A stretch of DNA of 64,000 nt. Origin: Nitrospirota bacterium. GTDB lineage: Bacteria > Nitrospirota > Nitrospiria > JACQBW01. Position numbers and translations under genes: made by a program. Under the pieces are notes generated by a model. That model was not told where the DNA came from. It made no database searches and saw only the letters and a program-made list of their open reading frames with translations. Within the stretch, counting starts at the first letter, position 1. Every line of letters starts with the position of its first letter. The stretch covers positions 21,684 through 85,683 of the forward strand of contig JACQBW010000008.1 in assembly GCA_016194305.1 (NCBI GenBank). Direction: 5' to 3'. Positions 8,734 to 16,923 of the stretch are shown piece by piece.

Positions 8734-10170
8734 TTGAAAATCAGACTGAACTTAACCGCAAAACTCGTCATCACCATGCTTTTCCTCTCTTTCCTTTCGC
8801 TCGGTGCTTCGTTTTATCTCTACGCCCGGACTGAAAAGGCGCTGGTAAAAGAGATGGAAGAGCATATCAATGAGCTTTCGTCAGCAATTTCGGTGAGCGT
8901 TGAAGAATTGACCAGCCCGGAAAGGACCAAGGAAAAGAGGCTTCAGGATTATGTCAAACGGCTTGAGAAAAGAGGCGTCAAGGAGATATCCATCGTCAGC
9001 AATGAGCAGGAGGTCATAGCCAGCTCGAATCCGAAGAAAGTCGGCGCCAAGATGGATCCGAAGCGGAAAGAACTGTTGATTACGGCCAAACTGGGTGACC
9101 AGCTCCCGTCTCCTACGCAGAAAGCCTATAACCTCCTCGTGCCGATTGTGGTTGAAGGAGAACAGCTGGGCTATGCCCATATTAGCATGGTATTTGATGA
9201 CTATGAAAAGCTGATAGAGTCGCACTATATCAACCGTCTGGCGGCAACGTTGATCGTTTTTACTCTCGGAATCATCGTTTCCATTTTTCTCTCCTGGCGA
9301 TATACCCGCCCGATTTACCAGATCATGGGAGCGGCTAAAAAAGTCGCAAGCGGCGACTTGAGCCAGATGATTCAGGAAACCCATGGTGACGATGAAATCA
9401 ACCAGTTGATCAAGAGCTTCAATGAAATGGTCGAAAAATTAAGGCAGAATAAAGTACTGGAAGAACGCCTTCGGGAAACGGAACACCTCACCGCACTCGG
9501 CCAGCTTGCTTCGGGAATTGCCCATGAAATCCGGAATCCCCTCAATTTCATTTCGTTAAGCATCGACCATCTGAAAGACAAGATCGGCAATGCAACGCCT
9601 GACGAGCAGCAGAAGCTGGGAGCTCTGATGACCAGCATCAAATCGGAGACTTATCGCCTTAACAACATGGTTGAAAACTTTCTAAAGTATGGCCGGCCGA
9701 TGAAACTGGAAATCAAATGGATCAATTTCAATCTCCTTTTGAACGAGGTGATCAATCTCGCTCGCCAGAAAACGGTGGAGCAGGGAATTGAAATCGAGTA
9801 TCATCCGGAAGAAATCCCCCTGATCGAAGGGGATGAAGAAAAGATAAAGACCTGCTTGATGAATGTCATAGCCAATGGCATACAGGCCATGCCTGCAGGA
9901 GGCAAACTTAAAATTGTGGCATCCCGGAAATTGAACGAGATTGTTTTTGAAATTCGCGATACCGGCGAAGGGATTACCCCCGAAGACTTGAAAAAAGTCT
10001 TTCAGCCTTATTTTACAACCAAATCACTCGGGATCGGTCTGGGACTTGCTCTGACTAAAAGAATCATGGAAGAACATCACGGCCGTATAGAGATCGAATC
10101 GACGCCAGGAAAAGGGACGAAAGTGATTCTCGTTCTTCCGGTCAGACAGTCGAGAGGTGAGCATGAATGA
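8734..10170 (+). CDS. Membrane sensor histidine kinase (periplasmic sensor + HAMP + HisKA + HATPase_c)
   Basis: H-box HEIRNPLNF, G-box EIRDTGEGI and GIGLGL. Two TM segments. TTG start with aaggtg RBS. Confidence 0.8.
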   Translation: MKIRLNLTAKLVITMLFLSFLSLGASFYLYARTEKALVKEMEEHINELSSAISVSVEELTSPERTKEKRLQDYVKRLEKRGVKEISIVSNEQEVIASSNPKKVGAKMDPKRKELLITAKLGDQLPSPTQKAYNLLVPIVVEGEQLGYAHISMVFDDYEKLIESHYINRLAATLIVFTLGIIVSIFLSWRYTRPIYQIMGAAKKVASGDLSQMIQETHGDDEINQLIKSFNEMVEKLRQNKVLEERLRETEHLTALGQLASGIAHEIRNPLNFISLSIDHLKDKIGNATPDEQQKLGALMTSIKSETYRLNNMVENFLKYGRPMKLEIKWINFNLLLNEVINLARQKTVEQGIEIEYHPEEIPLIEGDEEKIKTCLMNVIANGIQAMPAGGKLKIVASRKLNEIVFEIRDTGEGITPEDLKKVFQPYFTTKSLGIGLGLALTKRIMEEHHGRIEIESTPGKGTKVILVLPVRQSRGEHE

Positions 10171-11530
10171 CTCCATACTGGTTATTGACGATGAAAAACA
10201 TCAACGGGAGATCTTGAAAATAATTCTCGAGGAAAAAGGGTATAAAGTTGAAACGGCATCGAGCAGTCAGCAGGGAGTCAAGCTCTTCAAATCGGGGAAT
10301 ATCGAATTGGTCCTGACCGATTTGAAGCTGCCCGATACGGTCGATTTGAGCGGTGTGGATGCACTGTTTCAGGTGAACCCCAACGCCTGCGTGATAATAA
10401 TGACCGCTCACGGATCGATCGATTCTGCCGTTGAGGCCATGCGAAAAGGGGCGTTTGACTATTTGACGAAGCCGCTCGATAAAACGGAGCTGTTGATTTC
10501 CATTCAGCGGGCTTTTGAGCGGATTGAGTTATTAAGAGAAAACAAGAATCTTCGCCAGCAGTTGGGCGAAAAATTTAATCTTCCGAACATCATCGGAAAA
10601 CATCCTTCCATGCAGGAACTTTTCAGGATTATTCAGAAGATATCGGGGAGCGGAAGTACCATCCTGATTTGCGGCGAAAGCGGGACGGGGAAAGAGCTGA
10701 TTGCAAGAGCCATTCATTTTAATTCTTCGAGAAAGAGCGGTCCATTCAGGGCGATTAACTGTGCGGCAATTCCCGAAAGCCTGATTGAGAACGAGCTTTT
10801 CGGCCATGAGAAAGGTTCCTTTACCGGCGCGACGGGTACCGAAATCGGTCTCTTTGAAGCGGCGGAAAAAGGGACCCTCTTTCTCGATGAAATCGGCGAT
10901 ATCAGCCACCATATTCAGGCAAAACTTCTCCGGGCGTTGCAGGAGAAGGAGATCCGGAGAATCGGAGCGAAGGAAGATCGTAAGATTGATGTGAGGGTGA
11001 TTGCAGCGACCAATAAAAATCTTGCTCAAGAAATCAAAAAGGGAACATTCCGTGAAGATCTATTTTACCGCCTGAACATTATTTCGGTCCAGCTTCCTCC
11101 GTTAAGGGAACGGGGGTCGGATATCCCCTCGCTGATCGACCATTTCTTGAAAAAATTCAATCAGGAGTCGGGTAAGAAAATAAAAGGTCTTTCAAAGGAG
11201 GCGATGCAGTTATTACTCAATTACGCCTGGCCGGGAAATGTCAGGCAGCTGGAAGGGGTTTTGGAGCGGACAGTCCTCTTATGTGATTCCGAAATCATCG
11301 GACTGGATGATCTACCGGTTGAAATAAGAAGGCCCTCTTATCCGTTAAGCGAAATCGATTTTGATCTTCCGCCGGAAGGATTTTCGCTGGAGGAATTCGA
11401 AAAACAACTCCTGGTGAAAGCAATGGAAAAAAGCGATTGGACCATGACCAAAGCGGCAAAGATGTTAGGATTAACATATAAAACGCTTCAATACCGTCTC
11501 GATAAATTCAATCTCAAAAAGAACAGCTAG
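10163..11530 (+). CDS. Sigma-54-dependent response regulator (NtrC/AtoC family enhancer-binding protein: REC + AAA+ + Fis-type HTH)
   Basis: GESGTGKE Walker A, GSFTGA (GAFTGA-like sigma-54 contact motif), ESGKKIKG..., C-terminal HTH. Overlaps the kinase stop codon. Confidence 0.85.
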   Translation: MNDSILVIDDEKHQREILKIILEEKGYKVETASSSQQGVKLFKSGNIELVLTDLKLPDTVDLSGVDALFQVNPNACVIIMTAHGSIDSAVEAMRKGAFDYLTKPLDKTELLISIQRAFERIELLRENKNLRQQLGEKFNLPNIIGKHPSMQELFRIIQKISGSGSTILICGESGTGKELIARAIHFNSSRKSGPFRAINCAAIPESLIENELFGHEKGSFTGATGTEIGLFEAAEKGTLFLDEIGDISHHIQAKLLRALQEKEIRRIGAKEDRKIDVRVIAATNKNLAQEIKKGTFREDLFYRLNIISVQLPPLRERGSDIPSLIDHFLKKFNQESGKKIKGLSKEAMQLLLNYAWPGNVRQLEGVLERTVLLCDSEIIGLDDLPVEIRRPSYPLSEIDFDLPPEGFSLEEFEKQLLVKAMEKSDWTMTKAAKMLGLTYKTLQYRLDKFNLKKNS

Positions 11531-11566
11531 TTTAGGGAAAACCTTCATTCGATTCAACAATTTTCG

Positions 11567-11601
11567 TGCCTCAAATAAGGCAATATCATCCTGATATCAG
11601 G
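11567..11601. promoter_or_regulatory. Two palindromes (TGCCTCAAATAAGGCA and CCTGATATCAGG) 100-135 bp upstream of the sigma-54 promoter; candidate enhancer (UAS) sites
   Basis: Inverted-repeat symmetry read directly. The position relative to the -24/-12 element is typical of EBP sites. Confidence 0.35.
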
Positions 11602-11700
11602 CATAAAACAGAATTAATCAGGAAGGTTTTTTAATTTAAGAAATACATAACCTATTGAAATATCATGAGATGTCTGACTTGTGTCGCTGTTTATTTATTG

Positions 11701-11716
11701 TGGCACCTGTTTTGCA
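11701..11716 (+). promoter_or_regulatory. Sigma-54 (-24/-12) promoter TGGCACctgttTTGCA
   Basis: Exact match to the TGGCAC-N5-TTGCA consensus with GG/GC spacing of 10. Lies ~50 bp upstream of the ATG at 11769, immediately downstream of the sigma-54 activator gene. Confidence 0.6.
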
Positions 11717-11768
11717 GTAGAGTGAGAGTGGTTAATACAAAATATATGAATGGAAGGGGGTGAATTGA

Positions 11769-11990
11769 ATGAAAAAAATCTACTCTTTAGTTGTTTCGAT
11801 GATGATGGTTTTCGCATTTGGAACAGTAACTTTCGCGGCTGACGCTCCAGCGGCACCTGCGGCTCCTGCGGCAGAGGCTCCCAAGATGGATGCTCCGAAA
11901 GCTGATGCTCCCAAAGCCGAAAAGAAAGCCAAAAAAAGCAAAAAGAAAAAAGGCAAGAAAGCAGAAGAAAAGAAAGAAGAAGCAAAATAG
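11769..11990 (+). CDS. Small secreted protein with Ala/Pro-rich repeats and a poly-lysine C-terminal tail
   Basis: Signal peptide MKKIYSLVVSMMMVFAFGTVTFA|AD, then (A/D)APKA repeats, then KKAKKSKKKKGKKAEEKKEEAK. Good RBS ggaaggggg. Confidence 0.55.
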   Translation: MKKIYSLVVSMMMVFAFGTVTFAADAPAAPAAPAAEAPKMDAPKADAPKAEKKAKKSKKKKGKKAEEKKEEAK

Positions 11991-12073
11991 TTTTTCTGGT
12001 GGCCCCCTTCAGCAGGGGCTATTGGATCCCTCTGGTGATCCGGTTTCATCAATTACAGCTTACAGCGAAAAAA

Positions 12074-12102
12074 GCACGGTATTTTTACCGTGCTTTTTTT
12101 TT
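12074..12102 (+). terminator. Rho-independent terminator (gcacggta-ttttt-accgtgc + T9)
   Basis: Perfect 8-bp GC-containing stem followed by a T-run. A second GC hairpin (gcccc...ggggc) sits at 12002-12019. Confidence 0.7.
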
Positions 12103-12171
12103 GCCATTGATAAAAAAAATATTTTATGTAAAAATCTTTCCAAAAAGCGTGCTCTTATAATCTGAAGAAAG

Positions 12172-12504
12172 GTGTTTCAAATGAAAAAAAATGTTTTTAT
12201 TCTAGCCTCGTTGATTCTCTTTCTCATTCCGCTTCTTTCCGGCTGCGAGTCAAAAAAATTAAAAGAGGAGAATTTTAAGCTCAAACAGCAGTTTGACAAA
12301 GTTAACGAAGAGAATAAGTCAATCTTAAACGAGTCGGATGGTTATAAGAAAGAGATTGAACAGCTTAAGCAACAGACTGTAGCGCTCCAGAACGAAAAAG
12401 AAAAACTGAAGAAAGAAATTGACGCGTTGAAAAAAGCTCCTGTAAAAAAAGCCAAGAAACCGGAGCCGAAGAAAAAGAGTAAAAAGAAAAAAGTGGTGAA
12501 CTAA
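12172..12504 (+). CDS. Coiled-coil lipoprotein with Lys-rich C-terminal tail
   Basis: Lipobox LLSGC. Heptad-like EIEQLKQQ...LKKEIDALKK. Tail KKAKKPEPKKKSKKKKVVN. Candidate sigma-70 -35/-10 upstream (TTGCCA...TATAAT). Confidence 0.6.
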   Translation: MFQMKKNVFILASLILFLIPLLSGCESKKLKEENFKLKQQFDKVNEENKSILNESDGYKKEIEQLKQQTVALQNEKEKLKKEIDALKKAPVKKAKKPEPKKKSKKKKVVN

Positions 12505-12521
12505 ACCTTAAAATCGCCGGG

Positions 12522-13391
12522 ATGGTTCCGTTATTCCTCTCCTTACTCCTGTTCTTGTCTGTTGCCTCAGGGTTCTTTTTTGCCTGGGAAATCGGAGCCC
12601 CGTTGTATTATCAATATCGTGCTCGGTCAGTTGCACAGACCCTCTCTTCTCTTGATGAACAGTTCCTGTTTTTGACCCACCGGCAGGCCGATTCTCTCTA
12701 TTCATTTTCTATGATCGTAACAGCCCTTGCCGGGGGATTTCTTTTTTCCAATTTGGCATGGCCGTGGTATCTGCTTGCTCTGGCAGTCTCCGCCCTGGCC
12801 GGATATCCGGTTCCGCGTTGGGGAATCGCCTATTTCTCCAAAAAACGACTGGAAAAGATCGAAAAACAGATTCCCGATTTTCTCAAGATGATGGCCGGCT
12901 CTCTTCGCGCGGGGCTTTCCCTTTCAGATTCGATCAATCTGTGCGTAAAAGAGCTCCCCTCTCCCATATCACAGGAGCTCGGGCTTGTCTTAAAAAAGAT
13001 AAAGATGGGCAAAAGCCTGGAAGAAGGCCTCCGTTTTTTCGACAATCGGCTGAATCTGGAAGAGGTAAGGCTGGTCGTTTCTGCGATAATTCTTTCAAAT
13101 GAAGCTGGCGGATCAATCAGCCATCTCTTTGATAAACTGGAAAACACTTTGACTGAGAGGAAAAGAATTAAAGGCAAAATTGATGCCTTGACTTCGCAGG
13201 GGAAGATTCAAGGTTGGGTAGTGGGTCTGCTTCCTCTCTTTCTGGGTCTGGTTCTGTATTTGATTGACCCGGCTCTGATAACTCCCTTCTGGACTACAGC
13301 CGCAGGAGGAGCAGGTCTGATCGCCATCGCCCTGTTGGAGCTGGCCGGATATTGGATGATTAGAAAGATCGTGTCGGATGGGGAAGTCTGA
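12522..13391 (+). CDS. Type II secretion system F-domain membrane protein, TadB-like
   Basis: Single T2SSF domain (LKMMAGSLRAGLSLSDSINL...EEGLRFF...LSNEAGGSISHLFDKLENTLTERKRIKGKI) flanked by TM helices. 289 aa. Confidence 0.65.
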   Translation: MVPLFLSLLLFLSVASGFFFAWEIGAPLYYQYRARSVAQTLSSLDEQFLFLTHRQADSLYSFSMIVTALAGGFLFSNLAWPWYLLALAVSALAGYPVPRWGIAYFSKKRLEKIEKQIPDFLKMMAGSLRAGLSLSDSINLCVKELPSPISQELGLVLKKIKMGKSLEEGLRFFDNRLNLEEVRLVVSAIILSNEAGGSISHLFDKLENTLTERKRIKGKIDALTSQGKIQGWVVGLLPLFLGLVLYLIDPALITPFWTTAAGGAGLIAIALLELAGYWMIRKIVSDGEV

Positions 13392-13396
13392 AACCA

Positions 13397-14227
13397 ATGA
13401 TCTTTGCGCTCTGTTTCTTTGCCTTTTTATCAGGATTTGGGATTGCCTATTTTTTGCTTCAATTTCGGTCGGGCGTCCAAATAGACCGGTATAATATTGA
13501 ACCGATCGTGTCTCTTTTGAAAAAGATGAATCCTTCGCAGTTTTTAAATTATATCCGGAAAAAGATCGTGACCGCTCGTTGGAAATTAAGTCCAGACCAT
13601 TTCCCGTTTCTACAGTTTCTGTGTGGTGCCGGTCTGTCCGTTGCCGGAGCGCTGATCTCGCTTCTTATGTTTAATGGGAGTTCATCATTCCATTTCCTCA
13701 TTTTTAATCTCGTTTTCTTCTTTATTGTCGGGTATTTCCTGCCACTGATCAAACTGGTCAACGATGCTCGGAATCGTCAGAAAAACATGATCAAAGATCT
13801 TTCTTATTATCTAGACCTTATGACGCTTGGAGTTGAATCAGGACTCGACTATTTAAGTGTATTGACCAAAGCGATGGTTCATTCCAGGCCTGGCCCGATG
13901 AAGGAAGAGCTTGAATCCCTGACAAGTCAGATTCAAATGGGAAAAAGCCGGTCTGAAGCCTGGAGGGAATTTTCGGAACGTATCGATCTACCCGAAATTC
14001 AGTCGTTCATTCTGGCATTGATTCAGACCGATCAGACCGGGAGTCCACTTTCTGGTACCTTGCGCGATCTATCGGTCGACATCAAGACCCAGCGGTTTCA
14101 ACAAGCCGAAAAGCGGGCCTACCAGATGCCGGTCAAAATGTTGATTCCGCTCCTGGGTTGCATTTTTCCGGCGGTGTTTATCCTTATTTTCGAGCCGTTA
14201 GTATTGCGTTATCTGCAATTGCTCTGA
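13397..14227 (+). CDS. Type II secretion system F-domain membrane protein, TadC-like
   Basis: T2SSF domain (LDLMTLGVESGLDYLSVL...SEAWREFSERIDLPEIQSFILALIQTDQTGSPLSGTLRDLSVDI). 276 aa. Confidence 0.65.
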   Translation: MIFALCFFAFLSGFGIAYFLLQFRSGVQIDRYNIEPIVSLLKKMNPSQFLNYIRKKIVTARWKLSPDHFPFLQFLCGAGLSVAGALISLLMFNGSSSFHFLIFNLVFFFIVGYFLPLIKLVNDARNRQKNMIKDLSYYLDLMTLGVESGLDYLSVLTKAMVHSRPGPMKEELESLTSQIQMGKSRSEAWREFSERIDLPEIQSFILALIQTDQTGSPLSGTLRDLSVDIKTQRFQQAEKRAYQMPVKMLIPLLGCIFPAVFILIFEPLVLRYLQLL

Positions 14228-14262
14228 TAAAAAGGGAAAAAGAAGCCCAGAAGGGTCATGAT

Positions 14263-15405
14263 TTAAACGGAAAGTATTTTTTTTGTGTAATCGACATAGA
14301 TGTTTTTGAGGTCAAGTGCCCGGCACTCTAGAAGGTGCCAGGAAAGCGCTGCCAAAAAGAAGGTTATGGAGGCCGAAATCAATGCCAGCGATAAAACAGA
14401 AACGCCTGGAATCAGTGAGGCAACGGACTGCTGCACGGGGAAGGCATAAATGTAGACGCCATATGAATAATCGCCCATTCGATTATAATTTCTAATCTGC
14501 CCTGATGGAACGTAGGCAAGATAAAACAAGACATAGGAGATGGTTAACGTATAGAAGACGAAAAAGAGGTGTATATTGGCCATGGCTGATAGAAATATTG
14601 AAACCAGAAAGAGCCAGAAATAGAGGTGAGAAATAGTGATATGGTCTTTAAGGACATAAAATGATGCGCCTGAAAAGAACATGAAGTAAAGCCTCGCTTC
14701 CAATCCAGAAGAATAAAAGAAATGAAGAATCATCATAGCGATGCCCGTGACGGTGGCAGTCATGAGAATGGCAAATTTAAAAAATTTTATCCTATTTTGT
14801 TTGGTTATTCGCAATGTGATCCAGACAAAAGCCAAAATCAGGTACAGTTGTAATTCATATTTCATGGTCCAGAGGGAACCATTGACCATTTTTTTGAACG
14901 GATTGCCTTCAAACACTGCGGGCAGATAGAATGTAACGCCCGTGATGAGCGTCGAACATTTCAAAAAATAGTAATATATTCGCGGATCCGACAAGTAGGC
15001 AGCATGAGGCATTGTTGTAAAAAAGAGACCGATTCCAAAGACCGTTAATAGGAGCATGACGAAGAGAGCTGGAAAGATCCGAAGGAATCTGGCCCAAAGA
15101 AATTCGATACTGCTCTTTCTCTTAAACAAACTGGCGGTCACAAGAAAGCCGCTCGTTGCAAAGAAAGCGTCTACAGCGATTGTCCCCATGGTCATTCCGA
15201 CATCTTTTCTAAACGGTTCTGCGTAACTTGAACCGGTTGCCAACGCGAAACTGTGTGTCGTCAGTACGGCAAAAGCGCCAAAAATTCGAATTAAATTGAA
15301 ATTATTGTCCCTGCCCTGAATAAATTGAGATAATTTCAATGGTGTGTTTGCCTCATGGTAGGATTTTATCAAAATGAAGTTAATTTTTCCAATTGGATCG
15401 GTCAA
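14263..15405 (-). CDS. Acyltransferase family 3 (OafA/OatA-like) integral membrane protein
   Basis: About 10 TM helices. N-terminal FNLIRIFGAFAVLTTHSF pattern typical of acyltransferase_3. Confidence 0.6.
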   Translation of the reverse strand: MTDPIGKINFILIKSYHEANTPLKLSQFIQGRDNNFNLIRIFGAFAVLTTHSFALATGSSYAEPFRKDVGMTMGTIAVDAFFATSGFLVTASLFKRKSSIEFLWARFLRIFPALFVMLLLTVFGIGLFFTTMPHAAYLSDPRIYYYFLKCSTLITGVTFYLPAVFEGNPFKKMVNGSLWTMKYELQLYLILAFVWITLRITKQNRIKFFKFAILMTATVTGIAMMILHFFYSSGLEARLYFMFFSGASFYVLKDHITISHLYFWLFLVSIFLSAMANIHLFFVFYTLTISYVLFYLAYVPSGQIRNYNRMGDYSYGVYIYAFPVQQSVASLIPGVSVLSLALISASITFFLAALSWHLLECRALDLKNIYVDYTKKILSV

Positions 15406-15494
15406 ATTTCAATAAAAAGTTATCGTAACAATTGAACTAAGACGGTATAATGACCGGCGAGGGTTTATTCTGATCCATTGCCGAAGGATATTTA

Positions 15495-16898
15495 ATGATT
15501 TTTCTCGATGTTCAAGAAATTGGATACGGGGGAATGGGGAGGATCTACTCCGCTTTTTCGCCTGATCTTCAGCGCAAGGTCACTCTGAAAACGCTCCATC
15601 CTTATTTGACCGCCGATCCGGATTTTCGATCAAGATTGAAAAAGGAGGCGGAGATATTAGCTCGTCTTTCCCATCCCAATATAGTTTCTTATTTTGGTTT
15701 TGAGATTCTCACCTACGATCAGCATCACGAGCCTTGCCTGGTCATGGAATATGCGGAAGGTCTGAGTCTTCAGAAGAAGCTCCATGATTCCGGACCCATG
15801 ACCTTTCAAGAGATTCTTCCCATTTTTCTTCAACTTTCAGACGCGCTCTGTTACCTCCATCAAAATCAGATTAACCACCTCGACATTAAACCTGAAAATA
15901 TTCTGATGACCCAGGGAGGAAAGATACTGCTAGCTGATTTTGGTATTTCCACCGCGATAGGCCAGGAAGGAACGACAGGTCCACTTCAGGAATCGTTCGG
16001 AAGTCTTACTTATACATCGCCCGAACAGCTCAAAGGAGAACGTGGCGACGGAAGATCGGACCTTTTTTCTTTCGGAATGGTTCTCTATGCGATGATATTG
16101 GGAAAAGGATATTTCGACGGAAGAGAAAACAAGAGTATTTGGGGTGAACTCGTCTATGACTCAGAGCCGCTTCACCTAGTCTTTCCAAAGGAGATTCCGG
16201 TCTTTTTTCAAAATCTGATTCGAAAAGCGGTAGAAAAAAAGAAAATTACGCGATTTCAGAATATTTCGGCTCTTCTCGGCTATTTTCGAGAAGTGGAATT
16301 ACCCATCGAATTCGAAAATCAACGAGAGATGACCTCCCCGCGGAAAGTCTCTGATATGACGATCATATTCGCCAGCGGGCTCCTATTGATTCCAATTTTA
16401 TTAATCGGATGGTCTGACTGGGAGGAAAGCGAGAGTGTGAGGAAATCGAAACTTATTGACGTCCAAGGTCAGGTTCGAAACTCTTTTCAACCTTTAGCGG
16501 AATCGACTAAATTAGAAGAGCCGGTGATTCAAATCTCAGAAGTGATCCGGGAAACAGGGATTGAAAAGAGTGAGTCTGCATTGCCGTCACGCGATCAGGA
16601 AAATGTCCCTTTGGCGGGTGTTCTTTCGGATGAAGAACTTGAAAAAATTCTCGTTGTATTCAAATCATTAGTTGAAAATAGAAAACTGGATGCCCTAAGA
16701 AAAGAATTTTCTCCGAATCAGCAACTGCTCTCTCGGCTTCAGAATCTCTTTGGTTCCAATCCCAAATTGGAAGTGCGATTTCTTCAGGTCAAACAGGAGG
16801 GGCGTTCCGTCAAGGTATATTATCGCGTAATCCCGGGCTCGCTTCCGGGAGAAGAGGGAATTCTCTTATTTGACGGTGACTCGTGGAAACTGCTCTGA
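15495..16898 (+). CDS. Hanks-type serine/threonine protein kinase with C-terminal TM + extracytoplasmic domain
   Basis: GYGGMGRIY G-loop, VTLK, HPNIV, HLDIKPENILM, DFGIS, TSPEQ motifs. Confidence 0.75.
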   Translation: MIFLDVQEIGYGGMGRIYSAFSPDLQRKVTLKTLHPYLTADPDFRSRLKKEAEILARLSHPNIVSYFGFEILTYDQHHEPCLVMEYAEGLSLQKKLHDSGPMTFQEILPIFLQLSDALCYLHQNQINHLDIKPENILMTQGGKILLADFGISTAIGQEGTTGPLQESFGSLTYTSPEQLKGERGDGRSDLFSFGMVLYAMILGKGYFDGRENKSIWGELVYDSEPLHLVFPKEIPVFFQNLIRKAVEKKKITRFQNISALLGYFREVELPIEFENQREMTSPRKVSDMTIIFASGLLLIPILLIGWSDWEESESVRKSKLIDVQGQVRNSFQPLAESTKLEEPVIQISEVIRETGIEKSESALPSRDQENVPLAGVLSDEELEKILVVFKSLVENRKLDALRKEFSPNQQLLSRLQNLFGSNPKLEVRFLQVKQEGRSVKVYYRVIPGSLPGEEGILLFDGDSWKLL

Positions 16899-16923
16899 CG
16901 GCGTGAGGTCCTTTTTAAAACCC

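Noticed and set aside
11890-12165. 91-aa Lys/Arg-rich ORF overlapping the 3' end of the small secreted-protein gene in another frame
   Set aside because: Artefact of the AAG/AAA-rich poly-lysine coding tract read out of frame. It runs through the terminator hairpin and has no RBS.
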